Shown: positions 21,343 to 33,769, numbered from the stretch's first letter. The stretch: DNA of 64,000 nucleotides from Schizochytrium sp. TIO01 (GCA_004764695.1 SMSO01000033.1:1488001-1552000); one strand, 5' to 3'. Notes: generated from the sequence alone by a model not told the origin. Made by a program: numbers and translations.

Positions 21343-24300
21343 TTGCATTAACGATTCTTCTCTGCACACGCTGGCTGAAGTTGAGCGAAGCAAGAATACC
21401 ATTGTGTTTTTGCGTGCTGCGAGAAAGAAAGTAGAATAGCAGATCATCATTGTAGAACAGATAGAACATTTGGACAAAATGACAATCACTCTCACAGGGC
21501 AATTGGAAATAACAAAGTTATAATTCTGCTATAAAGGTTGGTTGTTACTTCTAGAATCCCACCCTCTGGTGTATAAGTAAGTCCAGCGCCACTCTATGAT
21601 GAGTGAATAAAATTATTATCGTAATTTGAACCATCTATATCCAGTTAGTTTCGCATATGCTTGGCCATTAAGTAGTCAGTCTCCTGTTAGAATTATCAAA
21701 CTACTAAACCTGTGCTACTATGCACTGATGCGGAGGAATAAAGAGAACAGGGCTGCAGAGATTTTTGGTTGTCATTGTTTTATTCAAGGTCAAAGCGATC
21801 GAGGTCAAACAGCGCTTACGTCGTAGGATTTGGAAGGGTTCAGTAAAAATAACGATTTTAGAAGCTTAACTGACGTACCGATTTCTCTATTCTCAATTAT
21901 TGAGCAACTCTACGGATTCCGATTCAAATCTTAATCTTTAACTGCCGTTTTGCTCCTTCTAGTCTTCGTCTTTGCCACCCTGAGACACAGCACATAAAAA
22001 AAATATGAAAGGATAAAAAACAAAAGGGAATAAAAGTTTGCTGTTGTCCCTACCTTACTGAGCATTTTTAATATTCCTAAGGGAAAACTAAACCTGAGTC
22101 ATCAGAAGCTCAAACCCTTCATTCGATTTTATAAATACTAAAATCTCAAAGTCGTTCTTGTCAAAACGAGTTGCGGCAAGGTCCTGTCTGGTGCATCCCT
22201 TCCTACGCGTCTGGAGACTCCGCTCATATGATATTGCATGCTCTTGTGTTTTGTATCACTGTCACCATGCACATCTTGCTTTCCGCTCGAGCAGAGCGCT
22301 AATAAACTTATTCCGGTCGTTGCACCTACTTCAACGGTGAGCGAAACGAAGACGTTGCTGCCCTCTCGAAACTCTATCGAAAGCAAGCTTAATTTGTTAC
22401 GATGAATAAATTAATGAAGTCCTGCCCGTCATGAGGAATGCCAAGATCGCAGGCCTCAGCTCCCCACTTCTATAACCGCCACAAAGCGACGTCAACCTCA
22501 GACTTAATAGTTATAGCTGCTTCCGTTGGGAAAATATCATTTACTCGTATCGACCTTCTGCCCATGAGGAGCACTAATAGGTTTAAAGATTAGACTTTGT
22601 GTCTCCAACCAACACCTATAGACGTAGGTAGTAGAAAGTCCAAGCTATGACTCCTATCTGCTTAGCACACATGGCCTTATATTAGGATCATATTGAGATC
22701 ATCCAGAACTCGAAGTTTCTCTCAAGCGGAGATGCTTTGACATTATCTCAAGAGAAACACTTACCATGATGCTATGTCTTCCTCAGAAAATTTTAGTCGT
22801 TCGAGTCGAAGTTCTCTCTGAAATTTCTCCAAAGAAAAAAAAGAAGAAGATATTATCCAACAAAAAATCTTTAAAGAAAAAAGAGAAGATAAAATTTACT
22901 TCGATTCGCGTATTTTATTATTGGTGGTGTTGCTGTTGCGTTATTTACACTTATGAGAGAAACTAGTCTTGCAAGATCAAAATCAACTTTGGCTAGTTGA
23001 ATTGAAGCGATATGGAGTGTATTGTAAGAAAATAGTAATTGGGAGAGCTGGCAATTTGAATGATAAATCATCATTAAAAAAAGAAGAAAAAGAAGGGTAT
23101 ATATATAATATCAATCATAACATAGAATTTCTAGTAGTAAGAGTAAATAATTCTCACAAGATCATTCTTAGTCTTGATCTGGTAACTATAATCAAAATTA
23201 TGCGACTATCAAATAGGATTTAACTTTTCTTTGTTCCAGTTTAATCGAAGCTATCGTTTACCTTCACAGCGTACATGGACGATAGAAACTTGCCGCATTA
23301 TCATTCTTGCGCGCTGTGCCCGCCCACTCCAAGGACCAGACACTTGTACCGGAGTATATAGCGCTCGTTAGCAATCATGTTTCTCATGTAGACAATTATT
23401 ACAAGACACCTCAAGTTTCATGAGTAATATCAAAGCTTGTGTACAGTCCCTAATTGTGAGTATTTCTCGCCAACCCGGACTGCGACCCTTTTATATGAAA
23501 AGACCCATCATAAATGTGTGAATGGCCGTGGCTGATGCAAATAAACGTCTAGCCTTGCTTGCTGGTGGATACCATCATCGCATTTCCTTAAGTTAAAGTT
23601 TCGTGGCGTTCATGAATTTCTGCTGGCCAACGCCTCACGAGCTCTATTTAGCCTACTCCAGTACACTTTACCTCCCATTCGTAGTAGCTTCCCCAAGCCA
23701 GAAAGTTGCAATGGCTCCTCTTGCAACCTTGTACTAGTATAAAAGATGTCGCTTTAAAGCAATCGGTAAGCATACCTTATTTAGAGTTCAAACAATACAA
23801 ACCAAAGCCGGTGAATAGCAGGTTTGATGTTATATATATACATATCGACATATTACTTGTGTATGAGATGGTGTTGGACGTTTGCACTTCGAAAGAGGGG
23901 ATATCACACTCTCGCTTCAACTAAACTAGCTGGGTTTTGCCTTCATCAGTTACACACAAATGTTGTGGCCTAGTGCGTCAAAAGATAAACGAGAAGTCCA
24001 ATGAATTCGATGGGTGCTTTGTCCATTGCGTGTGTGCTGAAGTTATGCAAGCACGAAAATAGGAAAGGCCATAGGTGGCGACGTTTGCGATACTGAGATA
24101 GCCCTCATTTACTTTTGTAAGAAATGATTGCCAAGTGGAATAGACGACTTGGGTACCGGAGTTAAGATTGTATTTTGAAGGGTGGCGTTTACATGCAAGC
24201 TGATGCGAAGACCATGTCAATTCCTTCCGAATAACCATGTTATATCAGTTCGGGTTTAACTTCACTGATCGCGCATGGCCCCGCCAATTAAATTTGCAAC

Positions 24301-25492
24301 ACCCTATGTCGCACGTACTGTTTAGAAGGGCGCGTCCTTCGTGCCTAGGGAAATGCAGTTCACAGTAAATATTTCGAGTTAAGACCATTGTTTGAAAGCC
24401 ATTCTCCGAGCAACCGAGGCAACGATCAAAGAGTCCGGTCAAGTTTCAATTGGAAAAAAACAAATATTGATATTGTCAGCCACCTTGCACCCGCACAGGT
24501 CGTGCGGGGGCAACTTCAATATCTCCACAGAAGTTGTACATTCCATTTATCGAGAACTAAAGAGAAATTTGCGAGGGTGAGTTGGCCGGGTTGTCACTTC
24601 ATGCGTTTTGCGTCAAAGCTACCCTAGGGTTATTTGGAAAGGGTCGCGTGTTCTATCTAAGTTTCGTCGAGCAGAAGCAAACCAACACGACCGTACGATA
24701 GATCGTAGCCTACTGCATAACTACTACTACTAGTAGCTACACCAGGAAATACAGTGAGACTGCGGATAATTCTGTCATGGCAGCCAGTTTCAAGGAAGTT
24801 GTAAGCTCTTAAAAGCTTAAAAGCAGCAGGATTCGACGCCAACTAGATTCGAGGTCACCCTGCCTATAGGTAGAAGGTAGCACAGTCCCCTTTACTAATT
24901 CAACAGCAGCAGCAACAACGGGAAAGCTCAGACCACTTTCATTCCAGCAGCGCCGTTCTTGAGTTTTACGGCACTCAAGTTGGTTCGCACTTTTTAGACG
25001 ACATAAAGCTTGTCAAGGGAGAGGCATGCATGCATGCCACCACTGAAAAAGCGACCTTTAGCCAGCGCCTCGCAGAGGCTACTCACTCAGACTACGCAGC
25101 TGCAGCAGTAGTAGGTTCGTAACTACCTCGCTAGTTGCATGTTTGCATGGATGCTATGAGGGTCTCACGCTCGTAAGAGACTCGTCTGACTCCCACCCTC
25201 CGAGTAGCCCAGAGGTACGAACTGGGCGGGCTCCTCGAGCCGGCCTCGCTTCATTGCACTGTCCTCAGCCTGGGCGCTGCGAGCCTCGAAGAACGAAAGT
25301 GGCTGCTACATCCGGCTGGGCCCGACGCTTCGCCAACTAAAATCTAGGCTCGCAGGTCTCTCCGCTGCCGCCTCCACTGCTCCCACGATGGCCCTTCTCG
25401 GCAGCCAGAGGTCCATCACTTGGTTGGGCGCCACTCAATCGACCTTCATATATCTCAAGAGCGCTCGCGTGCTTGCCAGCAGCCTCGGGGCA

Positions 25493-25583
25493 GACATCCA
25501 ACACAGTGAAGACATCCAAGACATCCAACACAGTGAAGTCATCCAAGACATCCAAGACATCCAAGACATCGAAGACATCGAAG
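25493..25583. repeat. 9-bp unit minisatellite (GACATCCAA with CACAGTGAA and GACATCGAA variants)
   Basis: About 10 tandem 9-mers, including a duplicated 27-bp higher-order unit. Confidence 0.9.
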
Positions 25584-25762
25584 GCAGGCCAGCAGGACAT
25601 CACCATCCAACACCTTTGCAGCAGCGCTCCACCTTTCCCGTCCAGCGCAGCAGCTTTGGCACCTCAGGTTTTGCAGGGCACGCGACAGACCTCTGAGGTG
25701 GAATTCTCCTTGCCTCGCAATTCAAAAACCTCCTCGTGGACCAGGAAACCATCCTCTGGCGG

Positions 25763-25896
25763 GCTAGCTCGCTGGCTCGCTGGCTCGCTGGCTCGCTGGC
25801 TGGCGAGGAGCGGAGCTGCGATGGCCGCCCCGAGGCAGGCAGAAAGGAAACGCACTCCTTCGCATTCGCACTCGCATTCGCATTCGCATTTGCATT
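25763..25896. repeat. (GCTGGCTC)n octamer and (TCGCAT)n hexamer repeats
   Basis: Seen directly at about 25763-25804 and 25860-25896. Confidence 0.8.
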
Positions 25897-26102
25897 CCCT
25901 CGCGCGGAATTGTAATTTTCCGAAGCAGCTCAATTGGAATTTGAATTTGCAGTCCATCCGAGTCCGAATGACAGTCAGAACATCAGTCAGAACATCAGAC
26001 TTTCGCCTTTCCTACGCGGAACTGCGATCGACGCGCCACTTACTCGCTCACTTAAAAGAAGGCTGCGAAGAAGGAGGATTGAGAACGAGAGAGAGAACGG
26101 AA

Positions 26103-26146
26103 ATGAATGAATGAATGAATGAATGAATCAATCAATCAATGAATCG
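26103..26146. repeat. (GAAT/CAAT)n microsatellite
   Basis: Seen directly. Confidence 0.9.
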
Positions 26147-26420
26147 ATGCCTTTGAAAATCAAAACGGTGGCTTTTGGTAGTGGCAGACAGACAGGCAGA
26201 CAGACCGCCATTGAAGAAGTCAGGATCCCGGGCGGCAGCTCGTGTTTCCTGCCGCTAGACGGATGCTTCAAGGCCAAGCGTGCACGTTCATGATCGAGGC
26301 AGAGCCAGCCAAGTCTGGCGGCCTGGGAAGAAAGCATCGACGGTGGCTCTTCCTTCGCCTTGCTTGCCTTGGGCCAAGGCTTTCCTTTCTTCGGAAAAGC
26401 GGCGGAAGACTGTCTTTGTT

Positions 26421-26513
26421 CGATTTTCATTCGTCCATTCATTCATTCATTCATTCATTCATTCATTCAATCATTCATTCATTCAATCATTCAATCATTC
26501 ATTCGTCCATTCA
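26421..26513. repeat. (ATTC)n microsatellite, reverse complement of the 26103-26146 tract
   Basis: Seen directly. Confidence 0.9.
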
Positions 26514-26823
26514 TGGAAAGTGTTAGTTAGTACCCGGAAAGGAAAGGGAAAAGAGTACTTTACTTCTTCCTGCTGCAATCTTTAATCGAAATTGGTAGCA
26601 AGAGTGCGTGCGTAGGCGTGTGCCTTGAGCGGTCCTTCCATTCTCCATTAAGCTTTCGATGGCGATCACTCCGCAAACGCAATCGGCAATTGAGATCTAC
26701 GGGAACATGGCTCTGCGAGTTCAGAGGCGCTGATTGATGGATTGAATGATTGTCGGCTTTTAATATGGTCGGCTAGTTTGTCTATGATCAGAAATCTAAG
26801 TTGGGTTGGCGTTCTGTTTTTTT

Positions 26824-26827
<4 letters not shown>

Positions 26828-26855
<28 letters not shown>
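26828..26855. repeat. (TTA)n microsatellite at the start of a very AT-rich block
   Basis: Seen directly. Confidence 0.85.
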
Positions 26856-28951
26856 AAGATGAGAGAAAGGAATGTTACTATTTATTATAATAATAAAAAC
26901 GTTTTTTAATTTAAAGAATGCTTTTATTATTATTTACTAAAAGAATTCTTTTATTTTCTTACAAAATAAATAAATAGAAAAACAAATTGAATTTGAGAAA
27001 ATGAGACTATCTTGTTAACTTTCGAGTTGTTCGGGTACACCTTCGAGCTGATTCTTCATTTGAATCTATTCAAGACCTCGGGGCACCCTGAGTACTCAGG
27101 CATGTTTGTCTCGAACCCTTTAAGCTTAAAGCGTGGACAAGGGATTGGAGGAGCTGCAGACCTGCTCGTTCGACATTATAGATTATTTTAAAGTTGAAAT
27201 GAAACGTTTAGTCCCATTTTTTTTTTATAATTATTATTTATTTTATATTTTTAAATAAAACTAAGGAGAACAAATGAGCGGCAATAAATAATAGGACAAC
27301 GTGTATTGAAGCAGCATGGCGATCTGAGTGAGAATTGATAGTGTTCTGCTATACACCCTATAATCCCTGGACTACCATATTGTTTAGGCATGGACACCCC
27401 ACTTGAGGGGATACTGGAGGATATAGTGTTTCGGTGTGGGAGCTGAGTGGGGGTAAACAACGGATCGACTAACTAAGGAAAGTCTCCAATGTAACAAAGT
27501 GCAAAAACAGACCACGCCAATTCAGGACATATAGAACAAGGAGAAGTTCCTAGATACGCAGCTCGTGACCTTAGCAAGTAAATTTCTTACCGTGCAATTT
27601 TAGAGAACATGTAATTGCTAGGGAGAGTCTTCAAGAAAGACTTTGCCGGTGCTGGGAGATATTCGCCCCACAAATGCCTCCGTCTCCGTGCCGTCGCAGC
27701 ACAATAGCAAAAATCCGTATGTTTTGGACTGTAGAATCGCGCACCTTATGAAGTAAACCATGATGCAAGAAACTCAGAAATTTGATGAGTGAAACAGCAC
27801 TATACATACTAGGAGAAAGATTAAAAAGCCAACATACCCCTGGCAAAATATCGAAGATCTTGCTTCTAGTTTATGCATTTAGATGCACCTTTAAGTAAAA
27901 CTTCACTGTGCCCATAGCTTAAAACGCCTTGGGGCAAAAGGCACAAAAGTTGACGAAAATGCAATGCATGCTGGCGTTTTCACACATCGGTTCCGGTTTC
28001 TGATCTTGCCGAAGGCAACTGATACCTGTCCACTGCCAGCCATTGGTACCCACCTATCCGCCAGCACAAGGTTTAAGAGTCATGAAGGTGTTTATTTTTT
28101 TTGAAAGAGCAATTGACAGGCTGCAAACACCCTTGAAACTTACGAGAAGATTGCTTGTAGCTTCAAAGTGGTCGCAAGCGAACCGTGGGGAAGCATACAA
28201 AACCGCAACATAGGAACAAACAAATCGCGTCTGCCTTATATATGCACATGTGCATAGATCCAAACCTTTAGTGCGTCGCCAAGTTCCAATTTCACAAGAA
28301 GAGCACTGCGTCTCAAACTGATGAGTAACTTCGGTTTATGAGAACATGCGACCATGCCATCTAGCTGTGTTTCCATCTTTCACACTATGTCTTTAACCTC
28401 CTTTTGAATTACAAGCATAAGAACTTGCTTTTGCCAGCACATCAAACTTTTTAACTGAATTCAATGTATAATTTCAAGGTTGCTATAATGCAAAAGGGAG
28501 ACTTTGGTTAGAAATTTGGAACAGCTGAGTTGACATTCTCAATAGCTAGTCCCCGGTTCTTTCAGAATTTCTGCAACGCAAAAAACCTCATCAACTGTAC
28601 AAGCCTTGGAGCTCAATAGGTTGCAGTCTAAATTTCTTTCATTTGGTTTCCTTCTAGGATCTAGACGTGAGCAGTACTAGTTCTTTTCATTCTTCAGTAC
28701 TACAATATTGAGGAAGGTTACTACTGCTGAGATCTCCGTTTCGCTCAGGCAGTCCCGGATGTTGCTGCAACTAAGATTGCTTATTCAATTTGGTCTTTAT
28801 CATTCGAAAAATGAACGTCAGCACAGAGGATGCGAGCTAATAACAGCCAAAGTAAAGAAGCTTTATCGAAAAGAAGAAGATTTAGAGTATTGTTATGGTT
28901 GATCTAAGATAACACCTGCATTGTCATAATGGAAGGAATGACGCGACGACT

Positions 28952-29836
28952 TTACTCTGCAATATAGTCTGGGTTTGCATAGTCTTCAAGAAGTTCAACA
29001 CTGGTAGGTGTCCATTCAAGGCGCTCACGAGTAAGCTTTGAGTCAGCTGTCATGTCTCTACTCGCAAAGGGGGCTAAAATTTTCAAATACGATGTTGCCT
29101 CATCGATAGGAATTGATTTCGTTGGAACCCCGACTTTTTCGCCAATGACTTCCGCGATCTGTCGGAACTTTACTGTTTCTGCGACAGCGTGGAGACGTTG
29201 TCCAGGAGCGCCTTTAGTAAGAGCTAGCACATAAAGCTTCGCCGCGTCATCGCGATGAACAGTGCCCCAGACATTCTCTCCATCTTCAATATAAACTGAT
29301 ACGCCCGAATCTTTGGCAAACGAAGTTAACCAAATAAGAAAGCCGTGCTCCCCAACTCCGTGGACTGAAGGAGGCAAGCGAACGCTAGCTACACGAATAT
29401 TTTCTGCTTCACCCCGCTCGATTAAAACAGTTTCGATTTGTCCTCGAACGCTGGCCATTCCAGTTTTTGCAGACATGGTGTCCTCATCGCCGGTACCTGC
29501 AAGACCATTTGAGCAAACCAAAGTCTTTCCTGTACCTGAGAGTGCGTCGAGCATTGCATTGGTAACGTTAAGATCGGTGTCACACATTTTTTGGTAATCC
29601 TCAAAGCTGTCGTGAAGGAATGCGGTATGGATAACCGCATCTGCACTGATGCATGTTTCTTTGATTACATCAAGGTCTTCAAGAGTACCGCGAACAGGTG
29701 TTGCACCAAGATTCTTCACCTTTTCTGCAGACTTCTCAGAGCGTACAAGGCCCAAAACTTCGTGACCTTCATCTAAAAGCAGCTTAACCACACCCGATCC
29801 AATCCAACCACTTGCTCCAGTCACAAATACCTTCAT
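28952..29836 (-). CDS. NAD(P)-dependent epimerase/dehydratase-like atypical SDR oxidoreductase (YLL056C-like)
   Basis: MKVFVTGASGWIGSGVV...GHEVLGLVRS, DAVIHTAFLHD, VRLPPSVHG.G..GF, WGTVHRDDAAKLYVLAL, LHAVAE, TRERLEWTP. ATG at 29836. Confidence 0.9.
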   Translation of the reverse strand: MKVFVTGASGWIGSGVVKLLLDEGHEVLGLVRSEKSAEKVKNLGATPVRGTLEDLDVIKETCISADAVIHTAFLHDSFEDYQKMCDTDLNVTNAMLDALSGTGKTLVCSNGLAGTGDEDTMSAKTGMASVRGQIETVLIERGEAENIRVASVRLPPSVHGVGEHGFLIWLTSFAKDSGVSVYIEDGENVWGTVHRDDAAKLYVLALTKGAPGQRLHAVAETVKFRQIAEVIGEKVGVPTKSIPIDEATSYLKILAPFASRDMTADSKLTRERLEWTPTSVELLEDYANPDYIAE

Positions 29837-30813
29837 CGCAGATTGCCCTTTTCTTCTTTCTTTAAGGTTCAACGAAGCTTTAGCTCTCAAGTCTAGATAG
29901 TATATTCCTTTGAATTAGAGATTTGCTGCGACAAGATCAAGTCTTCAAAATCAAACATCGCACGTTCTTCTCCTGGCTATCTTTAACACACTGTGCCTTG
30001 TTGTGGTAGAGTCGGGGCATCATGGTACGCAAAGTCTTGTTCCTTGTTCTTGAGTATTTTTCGCGCTTCTCTGACTGGGGGGATACCCGCGTTCATTTGG
30101 TATAGTGGTGATATGCGATGCTTTTTTTAAAATTAAACCTAGCTAGACACAGAGAAAAGGTGTTGTGGTACTTTTTTCCTTGTTCCTTAATTCAGTGTGT
30201 ACCAACAAATCTTACTTAGGAGAAGATCTCTCGGCCTGAACTGCGGAATTTGTGAATAAAATGTCGTGCACGACAAGTCACTTTCAAACGCCATCGTCAG
30301 AATCAGGCTAACGGAAAGCTTTTTGTACCGAAAGAGCAAAAACTTCGAGCATAGAAGCTTCTACAAATGACTTGACCTTTAGCTTAGTAAAGTTGATAGT
30401 TAATATCCTAACAGCACGTTTCTCCAGAGTTTGATAAGGATGGACCGAACAGAGAACAAATTCGGGATAACGCACCTCGAGCAGTTCATCGTCAAAGTTC
30501 ATTTGTTTCGTCAAGTAACTGAGATAGAGCTATATAGCATTCGCAAGAGATGTAGTAAAAGAGCATACTCTGATTATGAATCCACCTACCTGGAACAGAG
30601 AACCCTCTTTATGAGTGCTTTTTCTGACAAGTAGATACTCTGAGAGAATTTTAATTTGTTCTGCAGTCATGAAGGGGATGTCTCGAAACAGACTCTGCCT
30701 GTTTTAGAGGTGCTTTAGATTTACTCGCAAGAATGTCTTGAAGCCTTTTCATAGTGAAGGTAATATGTTGAGCGATAAGTCACCTTAAAATATTGCACAT
30801 TATGGCGTTAAAA

Positions 30814-32811
30814 TTAACCAGTAAAGCTAGGGACCTGGACAACCTTGTACATTTCTTGGGTAACAGTAGCACCATTTATTAACGAGGTTCCAGTGAACAA
30901 AATCAACTTCGGTCGTACTGCAGAGCGCTCTAATAGTTGAACAGCTTCTCGAATATCTTGATGAGAAATACCTCCGACAAAGAAGATCACGCAAATGTCT
31001 TGGGAAGATATTTTGAGACGATGCTGCTCCTCTGTTTGATGTGCTGTAGAACTTGCTCCACCCGAGCCTCCTGTGTTTGTGCTTCGACCTCCAAAGCCAA
31101 AGACATTAAAACTTTGTTTAAACAGATTCCGAGCATGGTTCTCAATTTCCTTTGCAGTTTTCTCAAATGCAGACTCACCCAGACGAGTAAGTGCCGAGGG
31201 AGCGTTTAAATGCTGAATACCACGATCCAATATTGCACATAGGAGCGACTCACCAAGCACTACATCCCGGCATGCATCGGTTTGACGCACCTCTCGCAGT
31301 GCTTTGAGGATGTGTTTATTTATTCCAGCAGACTGCAGAGAGTCTGCAAATACAGCTTCCGCATCTTCCTCGTCTCCCGAGGGAGGCATACGGCTCAGAA
31401 GATTATATGCTAATAATGCCAGGCGTTGGATTTCCTCCTTTGTGTAACTGTGACGATTGCACAAGTCTACAAGGGGCAGCAACTTATGAGTCGCGCCCAT
31501 ATGACCTTCTAAAATAATCCTTTCCGTAGCAATGAGACCTTGATTCTCGGGTAGAGTGCGTTTCTCTAATGCTAGGGCAGACATAATGAGGACATGGTCT
31601 GAAGGAAGTTTTGACGCATCCATATTGCGACGGGCAAGAGCACAACTCAGTGAGTCCCCGTGATCAATTTTCCCGACATAACTTCGGAGTGCCCTACTGC
31701 TATCCTCGGTTGACGACACGTTTAAGTGACGAAGGAGTTCGTTAGCTTGAGCATCCCATGCTTGCCTTGTACTTAAAAGTCCAACCTTACGTTCCACGAA
31801 GTTTCGTTCTGCTGTCATCACCCCATCAGCATCATCGCAAATGAGAGGAGCCAAACTTTGTGAAATAGCATTTGTCAAGTCTAATGTGCGGTCGATGATA
31901 ATTAATGTTGCAGGTCTGCTTCCCACTGATGTTGTCTTGGGCGAAGCCCCTTCTTCCTTCAAGTAGCTCAACATCGCGTTACCTATTACACGCGATGTGA
32001 ATCCGGCTGCCCAACAATTCTTTGTGAAATCTAAGTCCAAAGTTGATGTGAGAACTCCTAGAAGCTCTCGTGCGATACTTCGGAGGTCTGACTTGAATTC
32101 CTCGGAGAGATCAGCATTTCCATCCACCTCTGTTAAGTTCGAACGCTGCCCCCAGAGTCCGTGTCTACATAAAGTCACCGGAAATACACGATGTGCGGCC
32201 TTCGAAGCCAGGGCGAACGAAGCCCAACGTATTTCATCTTCATCATTGTCAGATCCATAACTGTTAGAGAGGGGCATTGTGTCAACAAGCAAATCTACTG
32301 CCCATGGCACATAAGTAACCTGTACTTCAGCTGCATTCGGGCGAGCTGAACTTTGCAGCCTCATTGCAAAGCTCGTGAAATCAATCCCTTCTCGGTTCTG
32401 GCCAATATTATGCGCCTTTGCTGGGAGGTTGCTTAAAATAGTCGCGACAATCCAAGTGCTAGAGAAGGACCCCTTCAGATACATTGCAAGAGATTTCTCT
32501 AGATTCGGGAGCAACTGGGTAACAACAAAAATCAGTCGCACCGCCTGTGACGAGTCTTTATCACCCTCGGGAAGCCCACGTCGAGATCTTTCCAGGGCGC
32601 ACAGTTTTCTGACGTTCAATTCTACATTGCCATCAAGGTCTAGCTGTGCCACGCTTGCTACATTGAGCTCGTCCAAAAGCCATGCTACGCCACCCAGACT
32701 GGCCATAGCCTGGGCTGCTCCAGCATCTAACACGACAAACGCATCATGCCAAGATGAGGCTACTGCGAGAGCACCGCGACTCGCAGTGCATATATCCCCA
32801 AGAGAGCTCAT
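30814..32811 (-). CDS. SCFD2: Sec1/Munc18 family protein, SCFD2/MIP3-like
   Basis: N-terminal AFVVLDAGAAQAM..LGG..WLL.EL.V.SV..LD typical of SCFD2/MIP3; SM-family motifs ATLIIIDRTLDL and VIFFVGGISHQDI...GTSLIN. Confidence 0.8.
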   Translation of the reverse strand: MSSLGDICTASRGALAVASSWHDAFVVLDAGAAQAMASLGGVAWLLDELNVASVAQLDLDGNVELNVRKLCALERSRRGLPEGDKDSSQAVRLIFVVTQLLPNLEKSLAMYLKGSFSSTWIVATILSNLPAKAHNIGQNREGIDFTSFAMRLQSSARPNAAEVQVTYVPWAVDLLVDTMPLSNSYGSDNDEDEIRWASFALASKAAHRVFPVTLCRHGLWGQRSNLTEVDGNADLSEEFKSDLRSIARELLGVLTSTLDLDFTKNCWAAGFTSRVIGNAMLSYLKEEGASPKTTSVGSRPATLIIIDRTLDLTNAISQSLAPLICDDADGVMTAERNFVERKVGLLSTRQAWDAQANELLRHLNVSSTEDSSRALRSYVGKIDHGDSLSCALARRNMDASKLPSDHVLIMSALALEKRTLPENQGLIATERIILEGHMGATHKLLPLVDLCNRHSYTKEEIQRLALLAYNLLSRMPPSGDEEDAEAVFADSLQSAGINKHILKALREVRQTDACRDVVLGESLLCAILDRGIQHLNAPSALTRLGESAFEKTAKEIENHARNLFKQSFNVFGFGGRSTNTGGSGGASSTAHQTEEQHRLKISSQDICVIFFVGGISHQDIREAVQLLERSAVRPKLILFTGTSLINGATVTQEMYKVVQVPSFTG

Positions 32812-33358
32812 CCTTGGTCTGGCAACCGGAGGCGGGTCCCACGATTTGGTTTTGATTTGAGGTCTTGGCTTGATCGATCTTTCTCAACACCGCATTTTGT
32901 TCTAAATGTTCTTCTCACTTCAAATTCAACAATCATATGAGATTAACGTACGTCAACCCGGAGACATTTTCGTGTATTGTGTGACCTATCTTTGAATTGT
33001 TATGCGGGACCTAACACCTGAGACAGCTGCACTCTGACTCAGAATAGAGTCTTTTTGAGCGGGTATGGCAAAGTTGGGATTTATATTTTACTCGCAATCG
33101 AAAGTAGCATGTCTTGGTCAGAACTCCAGGATAGAGAAAACGAGAACAGGAAGGTGTGCGAAAAGGTTTTACTAGGCAGCCGTACGATAGGATAGAACGC
33201 AAGGAAGTAGTAAGGTGGAGTTTATACGCATCTTCAACCAAACAGAAGAATAACTAGAGGCCGTACACAGTTAATTTGTTGCGCTCGACTTCGCGGCCTG
33301 TGTATATATTTTAGGCTCCACATATTGTGCGAAAGTAGATTTCAGCATAAGGGAATCC

Positions 33359-33769
33359 ATGGCATCACGAATCAATCGCTTCAAAGAAGATGATGGAAAG
33401 TCCATAGTCACAAAGATGCAAAAGTTCATTCTAGAAAGTGATGAATTTATTGACTTTATGGATACGTGGTGTCACGAGCATGCGCAGAATGTGCAATGGC
33501 GTGTAAGCGAAAACAAACTAGACTATACTTTCCTTTACAGGGATTTTCTTCGAGACCTTGAAAATAAAATTACAGATTTCGTAGATCGTCAAGGAAGTAG
33601 TATTGAAAGAGTATATGCAGAATTAGATGGCGCCCCGCAAGACTCAGACTTGCATGTATTTGCTCAAATTTTCAATGCGATGATCGACTTTGATATCTTT
33701 ATTCAAATGATGCGGGATACAGCACAAAAAATGTATAAAGAAAGGGAAGAGACCAGGAGTCTTTCTTAA
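33359..33769 (+). CDS. BART domain protein (ARL2/ARL3-binding, ARL2BP/CFAP36-like)
   Basis: EFIDFMDTWCHEHA...ENKLDYT.LY..F...LE.KI..F...QG...IDFDIFIQMMR matches the BART pattern. Confidence 0.85.
   Translation: MASRINRFKEDDGKSIVTKMQKFILESDEFIDFMDTWCHEHAQNVQWRVSENKLDYTFLYRDFLRDLENKITDFVDRQGSSIERVYAELDGAPQDSDLHVFAQIFNAMIDFDIFIQMMRDTAQKMYKEREETRSLS

Noticed and set aside
24822-24870. gcagcaggattcga resembling the reverse complement of a tRNA T-arm
   Set aside because: No cloverleaf, D-arm or acceptor pairing can be built.
25493-25583. Repeat array considered as CRISPR-like
   Set aside because: Units are 9-bp tandem repeats with no unique spacers; eukaryotic context and no cas genes.
27340-27445. 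IIPGLPYCLGMD resembling the end of a retroviral aspartic protease
   Set aside because: Too short, and no upstream D(T/S)G catalytic motif was found.
28311-28345. CTGATGAG followed by a TTCG loop (hammerhead-like)
   Set aside because: Stem II is mismatched and no GAAA follows.
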